From the human T2T-CHM13v2.0 reference genome, Homo sapiens: a stretch of DNA of 64,000 bases. The stretch lies in NCBI RefSeq assembly GCF_009914755.1, contig NC_060933.1; one strand, written 5' to 3'. Below, piece by piece: positions 13,620 to 27,074 of the stretch (positions are counted from its first letter, which is position 1; every line of letters starts with the position of its first letter). Under the pieces are notes generated by a model that was not told the origin of the DNA, made no database searches, and saw nothing but the letters and a program-made list of their open reading frames with translations. A program made the translations under genes and the position numbers.

Positions 13620-14367
13620 ACTCGGGCTCCAGGACTCGAGTGCTGGGGCCTATTCCTCCCTGTGCTTTGAAAGGCAGGGCTCCAAGTTGGTGTGGATGAA
13701 GATGCTTAAGGCACCAGAGAGTGTCCTTGCTAAGCACTGCCGGTACCTGTGAAGGAAGCTCTTATACGTAGGCCTCATCATTTACATGAGCTATGGCAGC
13801 CATCGTCTGGAAAGGGTACAATGTGGTTCATGCCTCCAGGGTCATGATAGGACTCACTGACTCAGCTGATGCTGCCGGGGACCACAGTGGGAGACTTCAG
13901 CATCTACATTAGCAGGAACATCATCCGTGTTAGGAAATCCATGGATGGGTCCCAGAGAGATATCCAGCTGTTGGTACCAGAGCAGTGAGCTGGTGAACTG
14001 GGCAGTGGAGGGCCATCACAGCAGTGCCTACCCTGCCTGACAGCTCTTGATCACCCAAGCATCCCATCAGGACCAACTGCTTTGGTCACAAAAACTCAAG
14101 CAGGCACCCAATTCTGTCTCTCCCAAAACACATCCAGGTCGACCTTCTATCCACCTAGACTCAGAGAAGTTTGAGCCACCAACTTTATGTTCCTTTTTGT
14201 ATCCTAATCCAGCATAAAACTGAACCAAATTCTCTTTGTGCCAGATAAACTTCGGGATGTATTCAAAAGTCGGTAATGTGACCTTCTCCTTCTCCAAAGA
14301 AGAGACATTAAAATTCACGGTGCCAAGCAAAACAAAACAGAACAAAGCTAAAATAACAACAGCAAAA
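13620..14367 (+). pseudogene. NME4: Processed pseudogene of NME4 (mitochondrial nucleoside diphosphate kinase, nm23-H4)
   Basis: Intronless; [78 protein letters not shown]-stop (TGA 14038-14040) match NME4; NME4-like 3' UTR, ATTAAA 14307-14312, A-rich tail 14329-14367; premature stop at 13750-13752 and frameshifts. Confidence 0.93.
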
Positions 14368-15154
14368 TTCCCACAGAACTCAATTTACACCTAATACAAA
14401 AATTAATATGGACCTAAATGTAAAATGTAAAGCAATAAAACTTTAGAAAAAATTAGGGAAAGTATTCAGGATTAATATTTAGCCAAAGTGGGTGTTAGAC
14501 TTGACACCAAAAGCATGATCGTAAAGAGGAAATATTGATTAATTGTACTTCATTGAAATGAAAAACATTTGCTTTGTGAAAAAATCCCTTGCAGAAGATG
14601 AAAAGGTAAATCAGGAGAAAATATTTACAAGCCACATAGTCTACTAAGGGCTAATGTCTGGAACATATAAACAACTCTAAACCTCAAAAGTGGAGACAAA
14701 AACAAAAATCAAACTACAAAATGTGCAAAAGACACAACAAACAATTCCACATACGCGTCCTTAGAAATGAAGACTGATTTGTAAAAATTTTATTGCATCC
14801 AATAAACTCTGAGTAACTCTTCTAATCTGAATAAATCCCTACTATGTATACTGTCATTGTTTAAACAAACACACATTGACAAAGATGGGAATTTACTGTC
14901 TTCTGTGCTGCATTTTAAATCTTCCCGTGTTCTTTTTATTTTTATACTTAAATTAAAAAACTTGGAGTTTCAGCTTTCATTTATATTTGAAGTGTTGAAA
15001 TGTGTTTTATTCACTTCTGTCTAGATGTTATCAGAGAAAAGCTAAATTCTGTTTTTTGTAGAACTTACAGAATAACTTCTGAAGTTCCCCTGACAAGCCT
15101 ATCTAATCTAGAATCTTGATCAAATTGTCTTATTTACTTTTTACATATATAAAT

Positions 15155-15455
15155 CATTGCATGTATCTTGTTAATTTTATAGGCTCACAGTTGAGGAATT
15201 TGTCTTGGAATTTGCCTTGGGTCTCATCCATATCTGATTCAGAAGAGACTCTGGATTTAGGACTTTTGAGTTGGTATTGAAATAAGTTAAAACTTTTGGG
15301 ACACTGGGATGGAATGTATTTTGCAATGAGAAGAACCTGAATTTTAAGGTTGGGGCAAAATGCTATGGTTTGAATGGGTCTTCCAGAAAGCATGTGCTGG
15401 TAACTTAATCTTCAATACAACAGTGTGGATAGATGGAATTTTAAGAGTGATTAAT
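15155..15455 (+). mobile_element. MaLR internal 3' end plus start of MSTC/D- or MLT1A-like LTR (from 15361), truncated
   Basis: ttttataggctcacag...ggacttttgagtt...ggggcaaaa then tgctatggtttgaatg. Confidence 0.75.
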
Positions 15456-16456
15456 ATGGTCTAGGTATGTGAATATCTAATACCAAGTTATGGACTAGGC
15501 ATTCTCTGTAGTAGGAAGTTATTCACTGTGTTGTGCAAAAAGAGATCCAAATTTACCAAAACACAATCCAATAGAAACGATTACCTACTGATTTATATTA
15601 CTCATACCAATACTCAGAGCCCAAGAGCATTGCATTTATATGACATTTCCCCTGATTATAAGATCAAAATATTGCTGTTAACATAACTTCAAAAGACCTT
15701 TGGGCATCAAAGACATTGGAGTGTAAGGAGCAATGAATATTTTGTCACTGAGCAGGTATGTCAAACATAAAAATGACTGAAACTTAGAATGTTCACTTAG
15801 CTGAGATTTTATATTTTTAACATCCCATATTTTCAGAAATTTATTGGTTCAGCTCCAAAAGTTAATTATAAGAAATGTTAGAAAAAAAACATAGTTACCA
15901 AAGCAAGTACAAAATTTTAACAGGTGGATATGTCTGAATTTTTATGTATTTTGCTTCCAGTTAGGAAGGAAGATGATGATACACCAAGATGTACTCAGCT
16001 CAGTGGCTCAGGCAGAGTGAGAAGATTCGGATATTTAAATTTGACCTACAATCTTATAGGAAAAAAAGAGATCAAAATGGGTGGATCAAGAGAGTAGACC
16101 GCATGAGGATACTTACTGTCCTTCACAAATTTCTTTAAATAGTGTTTCTTCATCTTTAATATTTTCATTTTAATTATAGAGAGAACTTCTAAACATCTCT
16201 ATCCAAGCAATAATTAAAAACTCTTAAATCAGAATATATAAGGGGGTGATATTAGTAACTTTCAAAATCCCCATATAATTCAAACTTCCACCAAAGTTGA
16301 GAACGCTACTTAAAATGGCGGAAAAGTATTTTTATGGGGATTGTGGCACACCAGAGATGAAAAGTAAAAAAAGAAAGCAGAAAAAAATCTTTCCAGGAAG
16401 ATGGAGTAGATGTATTTTTTCCTAGTCTTCTCACTAAGTAGAGCTGAGAGCCTTGA

Positions 16457-16457
16457 C

Positions 16458-16498
<41 letters not shown>

Positions 16499-16506
16499 TA
16501 TGTATG

Positions 16507-16546
<40 letters not shown>
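16457..16546. repeat. (TA)n(CA)n microsatellite
   Basis: Directly visible. Confidence 0.95.
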
Positions 16547-16550
<4 letters not shown>

Positions 16551-17410
16551 AAGATTTCTCTGAAAGGTCAGTAAAAGAAAACTACTAGGGACCCCAGAAT
16601 CCAAAGAATGACATGATAATGAGCTTCTTGGGCTTCATATAACCTAGAACTTAGGCCTAGATTTGCTAACAACCTGAAAACACCAACAGAGAAATACAAA
16701 TCCACAAGTAGAACTGGAGACTAACACTTCTCTCTTAACAATTGATTGACCAGCTAGACAGAATCAACATGACATAAAATAATCCAGTAACATCTGCAGC
16801 CCATAAGATTTAATTGGCATTCATACAACATTCCATACAAAAACATCAAAATGCACATTGTTTTCAAGGGTCCACAAAACATACTAAAATAGAGTGTACC
16901 CTGGACAATAAAACAAATCTAAGCAGATTTAAAAGTAATTTAAATTATACAGAATGCTTTTTCCAAACACAATAGAATCAAACTAGAAACCAACAATAAA
17001 AGAAAAATCTCCAAATTTTGAAAACTAAACAGGAAACTTCTAAATTTATGAATTATAGAGGAGGTCTTAAGGGAAACTAAAACACGGTGAAATAAATGAA
17101 ATTTAAAATGTAATATATCAAAATTTATGTGACACAGGTAAAGCAATGCTGTGAGGGAAATTTACAGCAGTAAGTAGACATACACATTCCAAAAGAAGAA
17201 AAGTCTTAAATTGATAAAATCTATGGTCCTACTTAAAAAACTTAGAAGAGCAAGATTAAAGATAAACTCAAAGGAAACAGAAGAAACGAAACATTGTACA
17301 TAGCCAAAATTTATGACATTGCAAAGGAAAAAGCAATAGAGAAAAATCGATAAAAGAACTGGTTCTTTGGAAAGATCACAGCAACTGACAAAGCTGTAGC
17401 AAAACCAACA

Positions 17411-18062
17411 TCAAGGTCAAGAAAAAAATTCCTCTTTGCCTTCTGAAAGTTTACTGAAAAATCACTGAGAAGGGACAGATTAACAGGAAAAAAGGCACAT
17501 AAATTTATTTTATCATAGTTTTACATGGCATGGGAGCCTTCAGATTGAAAATCCAATGATAGAGGGAAATTATCTATTTTTTTGCTTAGGTTTAACAGCA
17601 TGAACAGCTATGCAGAAATTTGATTGGACAGAAAGGATATTATCTAATGTTAACAGCCGGATTGGCGAAACCCAGCAAGACCTGGCTGTCTAGATGTTTC
17701 TTGGCCTTGTGGAGCATATATTACTTCCTTTTGCTTATGGGGCTGGACACTGTCTAGAATGGGGGTCTCATGACTTACAATCAATCATCGTAGGTCAGAC
17801 AATTTCTTCAAGGCCAGTTTCTTCACAAAAAGGTGGACGAGTAAGTCTGAGTAATATTTTTAAGGTTTTATGGCTGGCTTTGGTGAAAAGAGCTTCTGGT
17901 TTCTTATGACTCACTTTGGGTAAGAGGGATTCTAGTTTCTATGGCTAGCTTTGAGGAAGAATGAGACTGACAGTCAAAAGGGCAGGGGAAGATCAGGGAA
18001 AACTTATTCTGAGGCTGCTTTTGTGGACTTCATTTTGGGGTACTATTTACTGAGTCTCAACA
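17411..18062 (-). mobile_element. ERV1 solo LTR, MER39-like, nested in L1
   Basis: Minus strand starts tgttgagactcagtaaatagtaccccaaaatgaag...gctagccatagaaactagaatccctct; L1 ORF2 continues on both sides. Confidence 0.75.
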
Positions 18063-21000
18063 CCAAAAAAAAAAAAAATCACAAATCACCAAGATTAAGG
18101 ACGAAACAAAGAACATGTCTACAGTTTGTAAACATCTAATGGATAATAGGAGTCGTACAAACACCTCTACGCACAAAAACTAATAACTTACAGAAAATAG
18201 ATAAATACCTCACATAACCCTAGCTACCACACTCTTGAAATATGAAATAGATAATTTGAATTGTATTTAAAATTCATAATCTTAAAACTCCAATTGAAGA
18301 AGTATTCAGGCCCATATGGTTTCACTGGAGAATTCTACCAAATATTTTAAACAGAATTAACATCAGTTCTACACAATCTCTTCCAGAAAAGTTGACGTAC
18401 AAAAATGATTCCCAATTTAATGAAGTTAATATTCCCCTGATACCAAAACCAAACATTTGGAAAAAAGGGAACTGTAGAACAATGAATACAGATGCAAACA
18501 TTCTTAACATTATTATAGAATTTAGCAAAAAATTATATACCTTGAGAATACAGTACTTAAAAGTCAAAAGATACAATTCAGCACATTAGCATGCTAAAGA
18601 ACAAAATCATATGATTATATCAAACACTGAAAATAAAGCGTTTGACAAAATTAACACCCATTCATAATAACACTCTCAAAACTTGAATTTGAAGGAAATT
18701 ACCTTAAGTGGATAAAAAGCATCTATCAAAAACCTACTGCTAACATTATACTTAATGATGAAAGATCGAATGCTTTCCCTCCAGATTGAGAACTAAACAA
18801 GGTTGTCCTTTCTCACCAAACTTATTCAACATACTGTTAAAATTTATATCCAGTGAAATCAGGCAAAAAAAGAAAATAAAGAGAAAGACATAATGTGTTC
18901 ATGGTTTGTGGTACTCAACTAGTGATGATACCCATTGTCTCCAAATTGATAGACAGGCTTAACATAGTCCCCACTTCCCAGCATATTTTTTTTGTAAAAA
19001 TAAAAGACATTATTTCAAAATTTATATAGAAAGGCACAAGAAATAATTTAAAATATTCTGGAAAGAAAGAATAAAGTATAAGGAACCCCTAAACAATTAC
19101 AAGATGTATACATAGCTCACTAATCAAAATTGTGATATTGGTAGAGGTACAGATTCAGAAATCAATATTACAGAATAAAGACACCAAAATCAATCCACAA
19201 TATATGCTCAACCTTTGTTTCAACACAGGGTGTTGGAGCAGTTTGACATCTATAGACTAATCAAGACTTGTCTCTTACCTTATAAAAAAAAAACTTCAAA
19301 ATGGATTATGAAGTTATACATAAAACATAAAACTATAATAAAACTTTTTAAAAAGTATAAAGAAAATCTTTTAAAGAGTTCTTAGTTTTGACACCAAAGG
19401 CACAATTTATAAGAGGAAAAGATGGTAAATTGCAATATATCAAGAAAATTATTAAATGCTCTAAAAGACTCTGTTAAGAGGGGAAAAACACAAGCTACAA
19501 ACAAGGAGAAAATATTTGCGAACCAAATTTCTGACAAAGGACTAATATCTAGAATATTAAAAATGTTGAAATTTAGTAAAAAGCAGACAAATTCAAAAGT
19601 GGTTAAAATATGTAACAGATTTTTACAGAATAAGTAAATGGCAAATAAGCATATGAAAACATATTCAGTATTATTAGCCATTAGCTAAATTAAAACAACA
19701 GTGATCTGTTTCACTATATACCTATTGATATGGCTAAAATGTAAAAAAATAGTGAAAACATAATATGCTTCTGAAGATAGAAACTAGATCATTTTGGATA
19801 CATGGTAAGTAGGAATGAAAAATGATACAGATATATAGAACATTTTGAAAGTTTCTTTAAAAAAAAAACCCTCAACATGCAACTTCCATATGACCCAATG
19901 ACCCAACAATTGCACTCAGAGGCATTTATCTCAGAGAAATGAGGATACATGTTCACATAAACATCTGTTCACAAATGTTTATGCTTAATTTCTGATAGCT
20001 CAAAACTGGAAACAATCCAAATATCAATAGGTGAAACGTTAAACTGTTCTACATCCACATAATACTACTGAGCAATAATAAAAACTATTGATACACACAC
20101 TGAAAAATCCAAGTCTTCTGAGAATCATAGTGTTGCAAAAATATAAAATAGAAAAGTATATACTGTGTGATTAATGCATATCAGATTCTTGAAAAGACAA
20201 AATCATAAAACTGGAGAAGAGACTAGTGGTTGCTTCAGTTCAGTTTAAGAAGAGGGTGAAGGCGGGAAGGTAATGGTTGTGTCTCTTAAAGTGTTGGAAA
20301 GATCTTTCTGGTGATAAAAATGTTATGTATCTTAACTGTATCAATGTCAATATCCTGGTTGTGATATTATATTGTTCTTTTAGATGTTACTGGAGAAACC
20401 GAGTAAAGGATACTTGAGATTTTAAAATACCCTTCCTTACAACTACATGTGACTCTACAATTATCTCAAAATAAAAACTTTTATGGGGAAAAGCTTAAAC
20501 ATTGAAACTTCATTAGAACATAAATTTTGAGCAATTCCAGGAAGACAGCAAATGAGGTCAGCGTGATGGAAGAAAATATACAACATAAACACATCCCAAA
20601 ACATAATTGAGAAAAAAAAAAAAAAAAAAAAAACTTTTGTTGTAAGGGAGGTTCCAGTAATATGGGAGCTCAGATTCAACAAAAAGTTGCAGAGAAAGGC
20701 TGAGGTTTAAAACAGCTGGTTTATTACTTCTTTCCACATGATCTTAGATAAATTTTAGACATCAATTGTTAGTTATTCCCCAATCTACTCCTCCACTTAC
20801 ATGTGGGCAAACAAAAAAATAAACGTGGTGAATTTTGTGGAAATAAATCAAATGTTTAAATGAGGGAGAAATTTTACATTTTTTCCAGTATAGTTTTTCA
20901 TTCATTCGCTTTTTTTACATTTCAAAATGTTTATAATTTGATACTTTTGCAACAATTATATTTACATCAAAGTATATTATAGCTTTTGTTCCACTTTTTT

Positions 21001-22639
21001 AAATTAAAATTTCCAGGTGTTTATTACTCACATTAAAAACCTAATTATTTTTTATATATTTTGTATTTTCTATATTGGTAAACTATTAGTTATAAAAAGT
21101 TTTAGTTGACTCTTTGATTTCATGTGTAGATGAATTATACATTATGCAAATATTGCTAACCTTACTTTTTCTTTGTATTGGCTACTAAGTGCTGTGGTGT
21201 CCTTGTGTTTTTTTAATCACATTTTCCACAGTACATTTTATTTATGTTTTACTTGAGAAGAACAATTGTTTTACCACTTTTACCATATTTCCTTATCTGC
21301 TTATATCTTCATTAATTTTTTCTATTTTCTTTCTACTAATTTGTTAATTTTTATATTTTCCTTAGATGAATGCTTCATATCTTTTCAATATTTTTAATTG
21401 AAACCACACACACTGAAATCTGTCTGTTATTATGTTTAAGCTGAATCTATAAGGTGGCATTTCCTTCTTTTCCACTATCCCGTATAAAGGCTATATTTGG
21501 TTATTCTTGTAGTATTGAGGCCTCCTTTGCTATCGATCGTAAGATTACTTTTGAAAGAGTGATAGTCATGAATGTCAGACTACTTTATTATTTATATGGA
21601 TGTGGGTGCGTATGTTTGTAATCACATTTGTTGGTAATATCAAATATTACATGGATGCAGATTACCTAATTTAATCTATAAAATTCTGAGACAATCATCT
21701 TAGCAAATATGATTATAAATTTCTCAAACTGTTCTAATTTTAAAAACTTTTTGCTCCACACACTTTGATGCTAAAGACTGAGGATCATAAGTCATGTATT
21801 TTATAAATTATAACTTTTATTAATATAAAACAACTTTATTTGCATCATTTGTTGTTGTTTTGAATTCTACATTGTCTGATAATATTGCTTACCTGTCATT
21901 TTTTTTCCAGTTGTTTATTAAACTTTTGCCATTGCTGGATTTTTAACTCTTTTAAAGATGTGAGTTACTTTTCCAATTTACTTTTATAATGACAATTCTA
22001 TATTTTGTTCATTATGTAATTTTATGTGTCTGCTTATGATAGTGTGCCATTTTTATTTTTCTTTAATTTTGTTCAATTCTATTTCAGTCTTCTCTAGTTA
22101 CTAGTAAAATCCAAATGACATATTTTCAATGAATATCAATAATAAGTCATGACAATACATCTCTCAGACTTACATATGTGTACTTATCATGGTTTTACTT
22201 ACATCATTCTTGTAAATTGTGTCCTGAATGTTAATTATATTTTTCTTGCTATTTCTAAGTTATTACTGCTTTGAATTTCAGGGGAATATGGATATTATAT
22301 TTGCAGGCTGGTGAGTGGCTCTTTTTCAAGAGAGCACAGATAAATCATTTGATACCAAAGTGATTAATGAGAATTATAGACTATCCTGGAAGACATCGTA
22401 TAAAATGCGGACTAAGAAGGCCAGATGGGGCTTCCTGGCTTTCAGAAGGATTAACTAATTTCTGAATATGAGACAATGTTTGCTAGGGGAGCCAGAACAA
22501 GTAGGGAATTCTAGGTGTATGAAGCAGCTTGTTTAAAGGCCTGGAACCATTGGAGATTATAGCACACCAAATGTGAAGCATTGTAATCTGCCATGATTGG
22601 ACCCAGGAGTGCATAGCAGAGAATGGTAGAAAATGTTAC

Positions 22640-22830
22640 TCTTATTGGCACTTTTCCAACTGATTTATTCATATCTTATTTAATTTTTTATAATAAATTT
22701 TGGAAGTAGTTACTATTATCACCACCATTTTATGTTACAGGAAGCTGAGACATAGACGACTTTAGTAAATTATCCAAAGTCATTTAGAGTGTGTTTTAGT
22801 CCAGAATCAAATGTTGTGGTCAGAAAATCT
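22640..22830 (-). mobile_element. MIR relic
   Basis: tactattatccaccaccattttatgttacaggaagctgagacatag...tatccaaagtca. Confidence 0.65.
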
Positions 22831-24712
22831 ATTTAAGATGGTAATATGTTAATATATGATAAATTTAGGAAAACTGGGAGTATATAAAGTTAGTTCTTAG
22901 AATATGATTTTATAATTTTGTTATGAAGGATTATTCCCAGCTCTAAATGTACAGCACTATTTCAATGGTTAGTTTTTATCTTTTCACAGGTATTTCATCT
23001 CTGTCTTAATCTGTATTCCAAACATGAGTTTGGGCTTCCCACAATCAAACAGAACTCTATAGATCAAAAGCTCCATAAAACCTTGCTTTGTCATAAACTA
23101 CACATTGCTAGAGAAGATGGATCAAGTGAAGTTTTAGTGACCTTGTTTCCCAGGCAAGGCAAAAATGACAAAAGGTAAGTAAATAAAAGCAAGGAATTTA
23201 TTCTAAGATGACACTTTCCTGATTCTAATACAGGATATGTTTCTGACTTCTGTTGAAAAACACCTACCACGTGGACTGTAGGTGCCATCTACATGAGTTT
23301 AAAACTGAGACAACTTTTACATTCCTCTTTTATTGCTTCTGCGTGTGGAGAGTTCATAGTTAACACTTGAATGTTTGATGTTGTTGGCCAATATCAAACA
23401 GAATGTTGGCCAAAAGTGTCCTCTATCTCCAGTTCTAGTAGTAGACTAAGTTAAGATTATTTATAAATCTGAACACTTCACAGGTAATTCACATTTTTTG
23501 CTTAGAATGATTCTAAACTCTGTAGGAAATAATTTGCTTCTATAACTCTAGATCCATACAGATATGTTCAAGCAATCCAAGAGGTAGAATACTCCTGATA
23601 TAAGTCAGATGATGGTTTGCCATGTAATCCTCTAAATAATTCTGTGAAATATTATCCTGTTTACAAGTATAGGTGATGGGTGACAAAATAGAGACTCCAA
23701 TAATCAAATCAAGATTATACCTTTTCACTTGAACTTGATTGATACCATCCATGCCCTATGAAGGATTTCCTCTAAAAAGATAATTTCCTTTATAATACTT
23801 GTTAAGTAAAATATTATTCTCAAATAGAAAGGCAATGTATAGGTTAAGGATTCCATTCTACTTTTTCATTTAACAACTAAGCATTAAGCATTTGCCATGG
23901 GCCAGATGTAGATAAGAAATTGAACAGAAAAAAATATTTCCTTTTTTTATGAATGTACCAGCAATTTGAGAAAATTGGATATAAACAGGTATGATAAAGT
24001 GTGATGAATGTTATCAAATAGTCTAGGTATTATGGTGGTGTGTAGCTTTTCCCCACTCCCTTGTTTCCATGTAACCTAGAAATAGTTCTAAAAATGTGAT
24101 GTTTTTATATACTAAATGTGGATAAAATAGCTCCTAAGTGCTAAGCATTGCAAGTATTTTGAAGTTCAAATTGCATTAACATCATGACACACAAATATCT
24201 GATTGAACATTTATAACTGATTCTGAATTACATCATTATATTATGATCATGACATTCTAACTTCTCCATTACAGTTTTATTTGTCAACTTGTAACTAAAA
24301 AGTAACTTGCCTAATATTATTTTGATATCTTATGAATGTCTCCTTTTCTTTTGACCACACACCACATGCTTTCAACAACAGTTGGTAACCTTTGCCTGGA
24401 TCAGTCAGTGTTATGGAATAATTTTTAAATGTGAATCTATTTAATCATCAAGTCGGACCATTTTCTAATAGAAAAACTGGATATATGTTAAAGCTTTCAC
24501 AATTTTAAAAACCGCCTATTCAACTGGCTTCCCAAATGCTTACGAAAGATTTTTTCCCCTAGCATTCTGTTTTAAAAATATATTTACTCATGATTTTCAT
24601 AGAGTCCCTGTGTGTCAATTATAAAAACAATTCCTTTGCTCATTTTCACAATGGCATGAATTCAGACAGTCTCTTATGATATTTTTTATGTTCCTGTTTT
24701 TTTTAAGGCTTT

Positions 24713-25157
24713 TGCTATTGTTTTAATGTTTGTGTCCTCTCCAAATTCATGTTGAAACATCAGTTAATGCAATAATATCAAAAGGTATGTCCTTTAGGAG
24801 TGATTAGACCACAGGAAATAGGCCTGTTTGGTAAGAGCCTTAGGCCACCAGGCTCCCCCTCACAAGGGGATTCCCACTTGTGAATGAGATTAAGGTTCTT
24901 ATAAAATAGGCTTTTTTTTGGGGTGGGGGGGTGGGCATTTTCCTTCCATCATCTGAGGACACAGAGTTCATCCCTTCCAGAGGATGAAGCAACAGGCATC
25001 ACCCCAGAAGGAAAAAGGACAACCCTTTTGCCAGAAACTAAATGCTGGCACCATGCTTTTGAACTTATTAGACTTCAGAACTGTTAGAAAATAAAATTAT
25101 GTTCTTTATAAATTACCCAGTCTCGGATATTTTGTTAGAGCAATACAAACTAAGATA
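24713..25157 (+). mobile_element. MaLR solo LTR (MSTC/MSTD-like)
   Basis: tgctattgttttaatgtttgtgtcctctccaaattcatgttgaaac...tttataaattacccagtctc...aactaagata. Confidence 0.8.
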
Positions 25158-25980
25158 GCATTCCTCTTTCTGTTATCCTGCCTTACATCAGGATCACTTT
25201 GAACTTTCCCTGGTCAGGACCTGTAATTAGGCATTTATCTGAGAATCTTAGATTCTATTTAGTAATTGTTTTACAGACTTAATACTAGTAGTGTTTATTG
25301 TTACTGAGAATATACTTATTTTAGACTATATTTTAGAGTAAATATATATCAATATTTTATTTTCAGTGTAATTTTATCATTTAGTATTTTCACTTACTCC
25401 ATTTGATTTTATAGTTGCATCTTTTTCATATTGAATAAACTTATTCCTAATGTAACTAACATGGTTGCTTAATTTGCTTTACCTTATAAAAAGTTCCACA
25501 ATAAAAATGCTGATATTACAATAAACAAAAACACTACTGAATGAAGTATTGATTTTTTTCTATTATTTAAATTCTTAGAATAAATCCTGCTCAATGAAAT
25601 TCCATGGAAAGTATGGTAAAAGTGGTGTGATCTGGGTGTAGGGGGTAAAGGAATACATTTTCTGTACAAAAATTGTAAGCAATAATTACATTTACTAACT
25701 CATGGTCTACATTTTATTCTCACCATGTGCTCACAATTTTCATATTGCCAGCAAGAAATTACCCTTCCAAATCTTTTCTTAGTCTAATTTTGAAATATTC
25801 TACACAATTACTGTAGTTATTGTTGAGTTTTAATTAGACATGTAAACATACACATGCCTCATATTAGCATTTATATTATGTATCATTAGTAGTATTTTAT
25901 AATTGAAAGTTAGAGAATTCTGTTACACAACTGGGCTGAAAACATGCAGACTCAGCTACACATGTTGCTTGTAAGAATTT

Positions 25981-26044
25981 TATGGTTTGGCTGTGTCCCC
26001 ACACATATCTCATCTTGAATTGTAGTTCCTATAATCCCCACATG
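25981..26044 (+). mobile_element. Isolated 5' fragment of THE1/MST LTR
   Basis: tatggtttggctgtgtccccacacatatctcatcttgaattgtagttcctataatccccacatg. Confidence 0.75.
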
Positions 26045-26454
26045 GATTCATATATTTTAAAAGTATTAATCCATTTACTTTTGTTATATTTTTATTTTTA
26101 CTGGACTAGTTATGCTTCAAACTTCAATAAAATACTGTCTAAATGTATTTTCTGATCATTAGTGTTACTCATTAAATATATATTTGTCATGTAAATAAAG
26201 GAGATGTTAACAAATGAGCTGTTCTAGACCTCTGGCCATTTAATCTCTGAATTCCTCTATTTTAGTTTCTTGTTATTTTTCCATAGGTGCAATGGATATA
26301 TATTAGATATATATAAATATCAATGTTGATATGTCTATATATTAACTTGAATTTATAGGTGTTGCTGTTTTCTTTTGCTTCATATTTACTTTTTAATTTA
26401 ATTTTTCTTGCTGAGAATCTTTGAATTTATTCTTAATTTTTAAAATATTTATAA

Positions 26455-26995
26455 GGAGTGACATCATCAAGATGCTGCAGTAGGAAGTTCCAGCCCTTTC
26501 CCTCCAACAGAAACACTGATTTAACAGTAATGTACAGACTAAAATACCTACATAAGATGTTTGGAATTGGTTAAATGGTTACGGTATCCAAATCCAGCAG
26601 AAAACTAGAGCACCCACATTGAATCAGGTCAGAAGAGCAATTTCACTTAATCGACATCAGCTGTTTCCCCAAGCCAGCACAACTGGGAGCTAAGGAAGAT
26701 GGCTTTGGCCTGTGACTTGGGGGCAGGGAAAGCAGGTGAGTGGAGCATGCTTCCAACATCCCAAGATTTTTGGGATGCTGCCTGAGAGGCCTGTTTGTCT
26801 GGCCTCAGCCTGGAGCATTGGGAAAACCAGCTTAGGGTGGAGGTCTGAGGGCAGCAAGGAACAAAGAAAATGTACAAGTAGCTTTTCTTCAACTGACAAG
26901 GCTTTGAGAGATTTGGGAAAGATAAGCGACTCTGACACTTCTGAGGAGGGAGAGAGAGTAGTGGAGCATGCATTCAACATCCTGATCTTTCAGAG
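26455..26995 (+). mobile_element. Old L1 (L1M) 5' UTR
   Basis: gacatcatcaagatgctgcagtaggaagttccag start motif; GC-richer UTR-like segment. Confidence 0.6.
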
Positions 26996-27074
26996 AACTT
27001 TATTTAGCTACTTTCACTTATAGTGTAATGTCATCCAAATTATTTTATGTAGTTGGAAATAGGATGTACTTCTT

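Larger units (their letters stand above)
12680..14750 (+). mobile_element. Old L1 (L1M) ORF2 fragments, interrupted by an L1PA 3' end and the NME4 retrocopy
   Basis: caattgatgcagaaaaaaagcatctga, tttgcagatgacatgatt (FADDM motif), KYAQLIFDNG in ORF 13483; resumes at ~14370. Confidence 0.85.
16240..20482 (+). mobile_element. Fragmented old L1 (L1MC/L1MD-like) with 3' end
   Basis: ORF2 EN/RT remnants; 3' UTR tcaatgtcaatatcctggttgtgatatt...ctacaattatctcaaaataaaaactttt; left boundary approximate. Confidence 0.8.

Noticed and set aside
13483-13752. 89-aa ORF fusing L1 ORF2 in frame to NME4 sequence
   Set aside because: In-frame junction has a 1-in-3 chance, the ORF ends at a premature stop, and there is no promoter or conservation evidence.
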